Assembly: GCA_963765495.1 (NCBI GenBank)
Contig: CAVXWP010000015.1
Coordinates: 1-64,000, forward strand
DNA length: 64,000 bases
From: Blastocatellia bacterium
GTDB taxonomy: Bacteria; Acidobacteriota; Blastocatellia; UBA7656
Direction: 5' to 3'
Position numbers and translations under genes: made by a program. Below are positions 50,301-58,495 of the stretch, in pieces (position 1 is the stretch's first letter; each line of letters begins with the position of its first letter). The notes beneath the pieces are model-generated. The model was not told the origin of the DNA and did no database searches. It was given only the letters and a program-made list of their open reading frames with translations.

Positions 50301-52170
50301 TTGCGGTCCAGTTGAGAGCACTGGTTGCGCCTCCTGTGACAAGAGCGGCGAATTGCATGACGCCGCCTGCGCCGACTTCCGTATCGGCGGGGCTTATCGA
50401 AACGACCGGATTGAAGCCCGCGCCCGCTATCATTGCATTGCTGATTTGAGAACTCTTATTCACAAGCGAGGCAGTGACGAGTAGCGGATAAACAGGCTGG
50501 AGCGTGCTCGTATAGAAAAGCTGGTTGTTTTTGTAATACTTGACCACGCCCGATTCAATCGCGATGCGAAAGACGTAGCCGACCTTGTATTTGGTCTTTT
50601 TCTTCGCTTCGCCTTTCTCGTACACAAAAGCCTTTTTCTTCGTGAACTGGATGGCAAAATCAATATCGGTCGCCGCTTGATGTATAGAGTTCGAGTTGCT
50701 CAGACCGCACCAGCGTTCTTTTGTATTGTCGTGAATGGTGAATTCCAACTGGCCGTCCCCGGATTGAATCGATTGCATAGAGGTGGCTCTTGCATCGTCT
50801 TCGTCATCCAACCCGCTTGTCTTCTGCAAAGTGTTTTCGAGCGGAGTGCAATTGACCGTGTTGGTCCAGACTACGCTGTCCATCGAAGTCGCACTATTTA
50901 TGGCCGCGATAAAGACGTCTGAGCGCGACGGTCCCGAAAGCGAATTGAAGGCGATAAAGCGACCATCACGCGACAGATTGATCCGAAGGTCCGAGCAATC
51001 TTCCCAGAGGCCGGTTCGAGCATCCGCGAGACGTTCAAGTGTGCCGCTGCCATCTTTCGATATGCGAATCACATCGTTTGAGCGGGCGCGCAAGTCGCCT
51101 ATGACGGGAGCACTATAGAGGTCTCCATTTGTATTCGGATTTGAATCATCGGGCATCCGGGCAAACAACTCATCGGTAGCTGAATTGTAATACCACTGGC
51201 CGGGGCCGAGGTCCGCGCTCGCCTGCTCGGTCAACTCCGCTCCCTTCCATTTCACAAAACCCACGGGGCTATATGTGTAATCACCGCTATCGCTTACGGC
51301 GTGGGTCTTGCTATAGATAGCCGTGCCCGGCAGGTTCACCCAGCCCGAAGCTTGAACCGTGCCCGGTCCTATCCCCAGATAGACATGCCTGCCGGTCGAA
51401 ACTATCGACGGGCAATGCGGCGTTTGGGCATCATTTGGCTGTAAAGATGAAAAGTAATTGAGGCTGTCGCCTGTGGCGCTTGCCGTTCGAAGGCCGCCGT
51501 ATTGAGCGGAGCCCGACCGCTCGCGCAGTGTCTCGAACTTTGCGGCTTCGCCTTCGGCTGATAGATCTGGATTCTCTTTGAGCGGTGTGAACTCTCTTGC
51601 CCGAACATTATAAGCGTAAAGCTCGCCACCTGCTTCTGAATCGCTCAACCCTATCAAGGTATCGGGATCATTTGCGGACCATCGCATTTCGTTAAGCCTG
51701 AATGGCTGTCCGTCAAAGAGCGGCCCTTCCTTTTGAAACGTGAGCGCGGAAGCGTCAAAGCTGTAGAGCGTAGCCACTCCGTCTATGTCTACGAGGAAGC
51801 GTGTCGAGCCGGGATTGAAACTAGAATACCGGGCGCGGGCGACAAGCGGAACCTGTCCGTCGCGCTCATCGGTGACGCGAATTACCTTACTGCCGGTCAG
51901 AGGGTCGGCCACAATGCTGCCCGCCTCAGGCAGCAGGGAATTCAGCCCCGGCTCGGTTCGGGCGAGAGAATCGCTCAGATGAGCGCGGGTGATTCCATCG
52001 CCAAAAATGGATAGAATGATTAAACAGAAAACCGCCATGAATCGCTTTAGCGCGGACTTCGCGCCTGAGTTCTGAGCGCGCTGGCTTTGCCGAGCGCGAG
52101 TCGCTATCAGCTTTAAGCTCTGCGCTGAAAAAGCAGAGCGCACGGAGAGTATATTATTTTGTTTTGCCAT
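47386..52170 (-). CDS. Large secreted multidomain protein (two propeller-like regions, Ig-like domain, three FN3-like domains, two beta-sandwich-like repeats); adhesin or matrix protein candidate
   Basis: Hydrophobic N-terminal segment; W.TNE.SD.QVE.G.T..YG FN3-type repeats; SRDGRFIAFNS and SQDGRWFMFSSNW; Gly and Pro linkers. Confidence 0.8.
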   Translation of the reverse strand: MAKQNNILSVRSAFSAQSLKLIATRARQSQRAQNSGAKSALKRFMAVFCLIILSIFGDGITRAHLSDSLARTEPGLNSLLPEAGSIVADPLTGSKVIRVTDERDGQVPLVARARYSSFNPGSTRFLVDIDGVATLYSFDASALTFQKEGPLFDGQPFRLNEMRWSANDPDTLIGLSDSEAGGELYAYNVRAREFTPLKENPDLSAEGEAAKFETLRERSGSAQYGGLRTASATGDSLNYFSSLQPNDAQTPHCPSIVSTGRHVYLGIGPGTVQASGWVNLPGTAIYSKTHAVSDSGDYTYSPVGFVKWKGAELTEQASADLGPGQWYYNSATDELFARMPDDSNPNTNGDLYSAPVIGDLRARSNDVIRISKDGSGTLERLADARTGLWEDCSDLRINLSRDGRFIAFNSLSGPSRSDVFIAAINSATSMDSVVWTNTVNCTPLENTLQKTSGLDDEDDARATSMQSIQSGDGQLEFTIHDNTKERWCGLSNSNSIHQAATDIDFAIQFTKKKAFVYEKGEAKKKTKYKVGYVFRIAIESGVVKYYKNNQLFYTSTLQPVYPLLVTASLVNKSSQISNAMIAGAGFNPVVSISPADTEVGAGGVMQFAALVTGGATSALNWTASGGAISTEGIYTAPAATGSFTVMAASAANPVVNASSVVRITPKDTKPPEISNVVVSNVSATGVVVAWRTNEPSDTQVEFGTTTAYGSVSALNPAMVLNHSVAFGGLSPLTLYHFRVRSKDPSGNAGVSRDYTFTTAPGGDTQPPVISNVASGNLTSSGASVNWTTNEASDSQVEYGSTTSYGSSTPVNTSLVTSHSLALTGLSSGTTYHFRVKSRDAAGNQAVSADFTFATSSSGGGGGGGGSSVPMSYNALTDRSTRREPSLPNMGGATGRGTLITDPTFGSRIRRITDANTRPDRPNRSFFSPSSSEQNTWNTNSTLFFITGEGGEIVPYSFNPSTMVASRLGDTSNESGGLLLNLSNPEFSHSDPNLIYGTGGAAGRSIVQYNFQTDTYTTLLNLDTVVQGLSGSTGDLSEGVNQKLCTYFGGQSQDQHFYILVWDKTTGQQTLLNTVTSRVNGNPTNMSLGWHIHNARLEKGGRYVTISPSDGPNGQVIWDTQTGNIALAPSSGGHKVGAFGYMLNHDGAGDGAVWQRRSLNLSNLGAITQLISPLLTPSQYEIDSHLSWNNAQANALAPVLISTYRNDRGLAQRAWDNEIIAVRTDGTQTTVWRIAHHRSVPVDFGALPKGNVSQDGRWFMFSSNWGQSLGSGRVDAFVVELKADGSAPPPPPPPPPGDTTPPVISNVASGNLTSSGASVNWTTNEASDSQVEYGSTTSYGSSTPVNTSLVTSHSLALTGLSSGTTYHFRVKSRDAAGNQAVSADFTFATSSSGGGGGGGGSQAVVWTSIVNCTATGNSLRKSSGRDDSPDAGAVSQQVLVSGDGYMEFTATETNKERYIGLSKGNDDTTPEDIDFGIKLTDIGIAAVRENNVYKWDLSYATGDVFRIAVEGGVVKYYKNGTRFYTSQKAPSYPLLVDTSFVALNGSVGNVVLVPASNGVVAESFDKATESQVEKVWFALINDRSIEAIRRRLGLG
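47971..49876. repeat. 304-bp near-identical intragenic direct repeat (47971-48274 and 49573-49876)
   Basis: Copies match except about four positions seen by eye; both encode the same FN3-like domain and Gly linker. Confidence 0.92.
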
Positions 52171-52365
52171 CTCATACCCCAATTGCCACCATCTGGCCCG
52201 ACAGGGTGCGGACGCTTTGCGCGGTCACGCACACAGTCGAAATCCGACGGTGATCTATTTCTGCAGTTCGAAGCCTGAGGCTTCTGCTGTCGCTAGGAGC
52301 CACCTTGGGGACCTGTTGGTCTTTAAGTGAGATGGACCTGTTGGGGCGGGGAGGGTATCTCACTT

Positions 52366-52566
52366 CGGCAGCCAGACATCCTCTGGAGGGATGAGGGATG
52401 AGGGATGAGGGATGAAAAAGACTCTAAAGACAAATTCCAATTAATTGGCTTGACCTATTATCGGAGTATTTCCCTAAAGTCCTATTCATCCCTCATCCCT
52501 CATCCCTCATCCCTCAAAAGGCCTTGGCTTTGCGACCCAGGATTACTCCTGGTGTGCCTTTATCGG
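52366..52566 (-). ncRNA. c-di-GMP-I (GEMM-I) riboswitch with a ~128-nt heptamer element in P3
   Basis: Minus strand: CGAUAAAG-GCACA-CCAGGA-GUAA-UCCUGG-GUCGCAA-AGCCAAGGCCUUUUG-[insert]-CCAGAGGAUGUCUGGCU-GCCG; GNRA-capped P2, GCAAA junction, G at the position equivalent to G20. Confidence 0.82.
52387..52514. repeat. (AGGGATG)4...(CATCCCT)4 inverted heptamer element (A3)
   Basis: Read directly; inner ends closely match A4 in the opposite orientation. Confidence 0.93.
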
Positions 52567-52823
52567 TGAAACATCCGCTCGCGCGATTGGCGTGTGAGCT
52601 TGTCAATCGGGCTCGCAGATTCGATTAAATCGGTAACAGATTGTGAAATGACGCATCCGGGGTATCGAATCGAAGTAGTCATTCACAATCCCGGCCGATA
52701 AACCTTCTCAAACACAACGGAACAAACTTTATCTAATGCCCTGAAACGCTTCGGGCTTCGCGCAAATCCGAAATTTAACGCGGCCTGTGGGGCGATAAAG
52801 AGAGAGCCGTCCTGTAATCAATA

Positions 52824-52839
52824 TGCAATCAATGTTCCG
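52824..52839 (-). promoter_or_regulatory. Candidate sigma54 promoter for the riboswitch leader
   Basis: Minus strand CGGAACATTGATTGCA: GG-N10-GC with perfect TTGCA, imperfect -24 box. Confidence 0.45.
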
Positions 52840-52948
52840 CCCTGAATGGGGTATTTGTTGGCATTTGCAGGTCCATTTTTTCCCCGGGAGGAAGAAATTA
52901 CCACACCCCGGCGCACCGACTGTGTAGAAATTATCTACGCCGCTTTTG

Positions 52949-53075
52949 AGGGATGAGGGATGAGGGATGAGGGATGAATAGGACTTTAAGGAAATATTTT
53001 GATGAAATGGTTTGACCAGTTACCGCAGTGTCCCCGACAGTCTTTTTCATCCCTCATCCCTCATCCCTCATCCCT
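52949..53075. repeat. (AGGGATG)4...(CATCCCT)4 inverted heptamer element (A4)
   Basis: Read directly; inner ends AATAGGACTTTAAGGAAATA and AGTCTTTTT. Confidence 0.93.
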
Positions 53076-53152
53076 TATAGAATTCGGGCGGTAATAGACA
53101 TTTATATAGATATGAGAAGCAGGCTCTGTGAAGAGGCTCGCTCAAAAATATT

Positions 53153-54412
53153 ATGCAATCACTTTCAAGACCTACAGAGAGTCGCGGTATAGAGGCGGTT
53201 TCAGGCTGTCTTCCGCCCGCTCAGACCCCTCGTCGCGTCACGGCTAAACGGCAAGAGATGTTTGCCGTGGTAGTAAGTGATCTTTCTGAGCTTGAACAAT
53301 ACGTTTCAGCGTGGGAAGAACTGGCCGCCGCCGCGTTAGAGCCAAATCCGTTTTACGAACCATGGATGTTGATCCCCGCGCTCGAAGCGTTCGGCGCAGA
53401 TAAAGACTTGCGCCTCGTACTCGTCTTTGCCCCCGACAGGGCACATCCATCCCGGCCCCCAATCCTGTGCGGGATGTTTCCGCTTGAGCGAAAGCGGAGT
53501 TATAAGGGGATGCCCGTTTCTGTTCTCAGGCTGTGGAAGCACAGGTATTGCTTCCTGTGCACGCCGCTTGTCAGGACCGATTGCGCCCGCGAGTGCCTGG
53601 GCGTGTTTTTCGACTGGCTTGCCGTAGGCGCAGAATCTTGCCCCCTGATGGAGTTTCAATTTGTATCCGGGGACGGGCCTTTTCACCGGGCGCTGGTAGA
53701 TGTCTTCTATAAGCGGGCGAGCCTTACCTTTACCTCGGACCGTTTCAACCGCGCTATATTTCAGCCCTCGACGAGCGCCGACAATTATATGAAGGCGGCA
53801 ATATCGCGTGAACATAGAAAGGATTTGAGAAGAAAACAGAAACGGCTCTCGGAAACGGGACAACTGGAATATACGGAATTGCGGCGCGCTTATGAGCTTG
53901 ATAACTGGCTCGAAGAATTTCTGAGGATTGAAATGAGCGGCTGGAAGGGGAAAGACGGAGGCGCTCTTGCCTCCGAGGAAGCCAATAAGAATTTTTTTCT
54001 GCGCGTGGCACGCGAAGCCTTCAAGAGGGATCGGTTGATGATGCTTGCGACTCGCCTTGACGGGCGAACCATAGCACAGAAGTGCAACTTTCTGGCGGGT
54101 CGAGGATCGTTTGCTTTCAAAATCGCATTTGATGAAGATTACGCGCATTTCTCTCCGGGAGTGCTGCTTGAGATCGAAAATATTCACCGTCTCCACGCCC
54201 GGCCTCAGATTGAATGGATGGATTCGTGCGCCATACCGGATCACTTCATGATAAACCGGCTGTGGCCCGCGCGCAGAGGCATCCAGTCGGTAGTCGTATC
54301 CACAGGCAGGCGATTCGGCGATCTGGCGGTCTCGGGGCTTCCGATGTTGAGATGGGCCAACCGCAAGCTGATGTCTGTGCGCGGAAAAAATCGCGCTCGC
54401 GCATCAGAATAG
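53153..54412 (+). CDS. GNAT (CelD/BcsL-like, Acetyltransf_6) protein
   Basis: EPNPFYEPW, KDLRRKQKRL, EMSGWKG, FKIAFDEDYAHFSPGVLL. Confidence 0.85.
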   Translation: MQSLSRPTESRGIEAVSGCLPPAQTPRRVTAKRQEMFAVVVSDLSELEQYVSAWEELAAAALEPNPFYEPWMLIPALEAFGADKDLRLVLVFAPDRAHPSRPPILCGMFPLERKRSYKGMPVSVLRLWKHRYCFLCTPLVRTDCARECLGVFFDWLAVGAESCPLMEFQFVSGDGPFHRALVDVFYKRASLTFTSDRFNRAIFQPSTSADNYMKAAISREHRKDLRRKQKRLSETGQLEYTELRRAYELDNWLEEFLRIEMSGWKGKDGGALASEEANKNFFLRVAREAFKRDRLMMLATRLDGRTIAQKCNFLAGRGSFAFKIAFDEDYAHFSPGVLLEIENIHRLHARPQIEWMDSCAIPDHFMINRLWPARRGIQSVVVSTGRRFGDLAVSGLPMLRWANRKLMSVRGKNRARASE

Positions 54413-54425
54413 ATGAGGGAAACCT

Positions 54426-55349
54426 ATGAGTTCCGCAGAACTGTTTGAAAACGGCCGTGATTTTGGCCTTGCCACAGTAAAAGATCGTTTGAGTGAACCG
54501 CTGCTCGAACTGGACAAAGAGCAGTTTCGCGCCGGTTTTAATCGCAGGCCGTTCACCGTAGGCCATCGCCTTGCCGATCATCCTATGTTTGCTCTGCCGC
54601 GATTGATAGAGCTTGCCCGACGCCTGCCCACTGAACACGTCGAATACAACGCCGGGAATATATCCGTCAATATGGACCCCGACCTGACGCCGCGCACCGG
54701 CCTCTCTGTCGAAGAGACTATCGAGAGAATCGAAGAACGCTGTTCATGGATGGTGCTGAAATACGTCGAGCAGGATTCGGTTTATCGCGATCTGCTAAAC
54801 AGTTGTCTCGATGAGATTCAGGAACTCTCCGAACCGCTGGCTCCGCGCATGTGCCGCAGGGAGGGTTTTATCTTTATCTCTTCGCCGGGTTCTGTGACGC
54901 CTTATCATCTCGATCCCGAATACAATTTCCTGCTTCAGGTTCGCGGCAAAAAAACGGTCAACATCTTTGATCCATCCGACCGCTCTATACTTCCCGAACA
55001 GGAACTTGAGCGCTATCTGAACGGAGGCCATCGCAATATGGTCTTCAAGCCGGAGTATCAAGAGAAGGCTATGCGATTTGAACTGACACCGGGCAAGGGG
55101 CTTCACTTTCCCGTAAACGCTCCCCACTGGGTGCAGAACGGGGATGAATACTCGATCTCGTTCAGCATAACATTTCGCACCCCCGCCTCCGAGCGCAGAA
55201 CCTGTGTTTATTCGGTCAATTCTTATCTTCGCAATCGGGGGATCACGCCGGAACCGTTTGGCCGGTCTCCTCTGAAAGATTCGGCCAAATACCTTGCCCT
55301 TCGAGCGGTCAGACGCGCGAAAAGAGCTATGGGGTTTAGACAGGATTAA
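54426..55349 (+). CDS. JmjC/cupin-like putative Fe(II)/2-oxoglutarate oxygenase
   Basis: FISSPGSVTPYHLDPEYN (HxD) and APHWVQN (distal His). Confidence 0.8.
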   Translation: MSSAELFENGRDFGLATVKDRLSEPLLELDKEQFRAGFNRRPFTVGHRLADHPMFALPRLIELARRLPTEHVEYNAGNISVNMDPDLTPRTGLSVEETIERIEERCSWMVLKYVEQDSVYRDLLNSCLDEIQELSEPLAPRMCRREGFIFISSPGSVTPYHLDPEYNFLLQVRGKKTVNIFDPSDRSILPEQELERYLNGGHRNMVFKPEYQEKAMRFELTPGKGLHFPVNAPHWVQNGDEYSISFSITFRTPASERRTCVYSVNSYLRNRGITPEPFGRSPLKDSAKYLALRAVRRAKRAMGFRQD

Positions 55350-55370
55350 GAGGATTTAATCCCTAAACTC
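55332..55370. repeat. Short ACAGGATT-family hairpin spanning convergent stops
   Basis: GGGTTTAGACAGGATTAA...TTAATCCCTAAACTC. Confidence 0.55.
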
Positions 55371-56559
55371 AGGCATTAGACATCAAGCGCCGGAGCCTCA
55401 ACCTTACGGGGGCGGGAAGCACAGCCTTCAAGACGGGTTTGCCGATCTGGCCGGTTTGCTCAATCGCTTTGTAAATCATCGAACGCCTTCCGGGGCGTAA
55501 AAACGTAAGCGATTTGTTCTCACGCCTCAATTTGGTCCATCGCTCTTTGTAGGCATCGTCTCCGCCCATAAAGTCGAACTCCGAAACCTCCCTGTCTTCG
55601 ATGCAGGCCTTTATGCACAGCCCCACCAAAACATTCCCGGGGCAGTCTTTACTGTAGGCGGGATCGAATCCCCCCTGGAAATTATGCACTACGCCGTTGT
55701 CATAAAACCCCACAAGCGCGGCCGTTACCTTTTCGTTTACCAAAAGCGTCCACAGCCGCAGCCGACCTTCTTGCAGGCTGGCTCTCATCGCATCTTTAAG
55801 AAAATCTTCAAATCCTGCTATAGCAAAAGAGCCCGGCTCGCCTCTGGATTCCCATCGAGCCTGGTGCAGCCGCACGAGCGCCTCCATAGCTATGTTCAGT
55901 TCATCGGATGTTTCAACAAGGCGAAATTCGCAATCATACGAATTGAACATTCGGCGTGTGTAGTAAGAGAGATTATTTCGCGTATTTTTGCTGAGAGAGC
56001 GTTTGAAATCGTCCCAGGTCTGATTGGTGTCAACATAGCGCGAGCGATTGCAGGTTTCCGCCTGCGGCCCCGACCCGAGCGCCTGAATCAGGTGTGGCAG
56101 CACGACGGACGAAGCCGGAATTTCGTTCAGCCACAAACGGTCCCAATCCTTGCTTTCACGAAGGAATCGAGCTATTGAACCGGCTACGGCATTTTCATAA
56201 CCACGTCGGGCGACAATATCCAGATACTCGCTGGTTTGCGTGTGTATGCCTGTCCCAAGAAAGAGTAATTCTCTGACGTGGGGGATGCCCGCCGTGCGGC
56301 GCTGCCTCAGATAAAAAGGAGCCAGCCCCACGAGGCGGTTCTCCGCATCGCGGCAGGCGATGAGGAAAAGCTGCGCGTCCGCCGGTTTGAGCCTGCTCCA
56401 CCACGCGCGATTCCACGACCAGCCGAGGAAATAGACGCGCTGGTCGCTTGCCTCAAGCAAGCAGTCCCACTCCTTGGCAGTTTGATCAAGGGCCGCCTCA
56501 TCGGTGAGTGTTTCGGTGCGCAAGTCTAAAATCGTCTCAACGCCCGATCCGTTTTTCAT
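55369..56559 (-). CDS. GNAT (CelD/BcsL-like) protein
   Basis: LVGLAPF, SEYLDIV, LHQARW, GFDPAYSKDCPGNVL, FDFMGGDDAYKERW; GGAGG RBS before ATG 56559. Confidence 0.87.
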   Translation of the reverse strand: MKNGSGVETILDLRTETLTDEAALDQTAKEWDCLLEASDQRVYFLGWSWNRAWWSRLKPADAQLFLIACRDAENRLVGLAPFYLRQRRTAGIPHVRELLFLGTGIHTQTSEYLDIVARRGYENAVAGSIARFLRESKDWDRLWLNEIPASSVVLPHLIQALGSGPQAETCNRSRYVDTNQTWDDFKRSLSKNTRNNLSYYTRRMFNSYDCEFRLVETSDELNIAMEALVRLHQARWESRGEPGSFAIAGFEDFLKDAMRASLQEGRLRLWTLLVNEKVTAALVGFYDNGVVHNFQGGFDPAYSKDCPGNVLVGLCIKACIEDREVSEFDFMGGDDAYKERWTKLRRENKSLTFLRPGRRSMIYKAIEQTGQIGKPVLKAVLPAPVRLRLRRLMSNA

Positions 56560-56664
56560 TGAAAAAATCGTTCCTCCCTGTTTGGTACAAACCCCGTGTC
56601 CGCCCACTCATTATATAGCCATATTGCTTAAAGCCCGCTTTTTCCACATTTCCGCGCCCTCATA

Positions 56665-56695
56665 ATCTGAGGTTTCAAATCTCAAATCTCAAATC
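56665..56695. repeat. TCAAATC-heptamer repeat/mini-palindrome
   Basis: ATCTGAGGTT(TCAAATC)3. Confidence 0.65.
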
Positions 56696-56892
56696 CCCAT
56701 CAAAGCTGCCCCGATAGGGAGGCTATGGGCATTTTGAGGAAATTCAGGCCAATTAAGAATTTAGCTTTACCCAGGGAGACATGGCTGGCTTCATTTGGCG
56801 GGCCGACTCCGGGTCTTCTCCTTACGACATTTGGGAAAGGTGTTCGGGTTCTCTCAGGAATTAATGCGAATCCCGGATTTCAAAAGGTAATA

Positions 56893-58467
56893 ATGGCAAG
56901 CTTCAGACCTCGGAATGTAACGGAATGTCTACAGATAATCTGGCGTCGAAAGGCGCTGGTTCTGTTCGTAGCCATGATAGTGCTGCTCGCGGCGCTCATC
57001 ATAATCCTCAAGATTCCCCACGTTTATGATTCGCGCGCGCTTGTTCTGGTTTCAGGCCAGATTTACGACCGGCAGGCAAACGGCGCGCAAATCGCCGTAG
57101 TGACCGAGCAGATGACCAGCCGTTCAAGGCTCGAAACCCTTATCGGCAAATACGGTCTGTATCAGCCCGTGTCGAAGATGGACCTCGCCGTCGAGCAGAT
57201 GGAAAAGGATGTAAAGCTTGAAACCAAGTATCGCTCGGATTCCGCCGGGTTCCCCGAATCTTTCAGCGTCTCTTATCGCCATCCCGACCCCGCTATCGCA
57301 AAACAGGTGGTAAGCGATCTGGTCGCCGTATTCGACGAGGCAAACTCTACGCTCGAACGACAGGCAGCCGAAGAGGCAAAAGCCATACGCAACGAGATGG
57401 CCGACATCGAAGCCCAGATGTCGAATTCGAATCAACGCCGCGCCGCCGCAAGCGCAAACGCGAGCGCCGCCGGGCGCGCGGCAAGCAGCATGGAGCGACT
57501 GCGGGCCGAACGCAGCGCCGCCGCCTCTACGCTCGAATCGCTCAAAGACAAGCAATTCCTGCTCGAACGCCAGATAGCCGATCAGAAACGCCTGATCGCC
57601 CAGCAACAGGAGCTTGTCAAATCGGCCCCCCCGGCAGACGATGGTCGCTCGGGCAGCGCCTACAGCGCGCTCGTCCGGCGCAAGGCCGAGCTTGAAATGC
57701 AGATAAAAGACTACGCCGCAAACTACACCGATAAATACCCCAAACTGGTCGAAGCGCGCGAGCAACTGGCCGATGTGAACCGCCGCATCGCGCAGGTGGT
57801 AGCGGCGGGCGAACAGGCCCGCGCAACAGCCGGTTCGCCCGAATCGCAGGAGCTTCGCAATCTCCAGCGCGAGTTGACGCGGATGGAGACCGAACTCGAT
57901 GTGGTGCAGCGCGAGATCAGCAGAAAGCAACAGAATGTAGCCTCGCTGCCCGACACGGGCGGGGCGCGCGTTTCGGTTCCGGTCGCCGACGCAGGAGTCT
58001 CCTCTCAGGGCAATTATGAGTACGACAGCCTGAAAGAGCGATACACGGCCCTGCTCAGGCGAGAGGATGCCATACGACAGTTTCAGCCCTCGACCTCAGG
58101 CCCCGGCACCCCCTTTTTTCAGATGGTAGACCCGCCCAACCTGCCGCAGGCCCCGGCAGCGCCAAATCGCCGCTTGCTGTTTCTGGTTGCCCTGGGAATG
58201 GCTCTGGCAGCCGGTCTTGTGGCGGCGGTCATAGCCGATGCCCGCCGGTTCTATCTGCTCTACGACGAGCGCGATGTCAGTTATTACCTCGGCGTTCCGG
58301 TCGTAGCGCTGCTGCCTGAAACCTTCAACCTCTCCGAGCGCACCCGTCAGCAGAGCCGCCTGTTTCGGCGCGCGCTCGGTTATCTCGTCATCGGGGCGGC
58401 ATCCGTGCCTGTGCTGGCTTTCATTCTCAACAGCCTGCAAATTTTTCAAATCCTCGGGAATAAATAA
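56893..58467 (+). CDS. Polysaccharide co-polymerase / chain-length determinant (Wzz/GumC-like)
   Basis: IWRRK + TM, Y.SRA, periplasmic coiled coil, YTDKYP, VDPP.LP..P..PNR + TM. Confidence 0.87.
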   Translation: MASFRPRNVTECLQIIWRRKALVLFVAMIVLLAALIIILKIPHVYDSRALVLVSGQIYDRQANGAQIAVVTEQMTSRSRLETLIGKYGLYQPVSKMDLAVEQMEKDVKLETKYRSDSAGFPESFSVSYRHPDPAIAKQVVSDLVAVFDEANSTLERQAAEEAKAIRNEMADIEAQMSNSNQRRAAASANASAAGRAASSMERLRAERSAAASTLESLKDKQFLLERQIADQKRLIAQQQELVKSAPPADDGRSGSAYSALVRRKAELEMQIKDYAANYTDKYPKLVEAREQLADVNRRIAQVVAAGEQARATAGSPESQELRNLQRELTRMETELDVVQREISRKQQNVASLPDTGGARVSVPVADAGVSSQGNYEYDSLKERYTALLRREDAIRQFQPSTSGPGTPFFQMVDPPNLPQAPAAPNRRLLFLVALGMALAAGLVAAVIADARRFYLLYDERDVSYYLGVPVVALLPETFNLSERTRQQSRLFRRALGYLVIGAASVPVLAFILNSLQIFQILGNK

Positions 58468-58495
58468 AAACTCGATTGATCGAAAGGTGTAGCCG

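Noticed and set aside
31708-53075. Heptamer arrays as a CRISPR array or IS terminal repeats
   Set aside because: Units are 7 nt, contiguous and inverted with no unique spacers between units; no transposase is enclosed.
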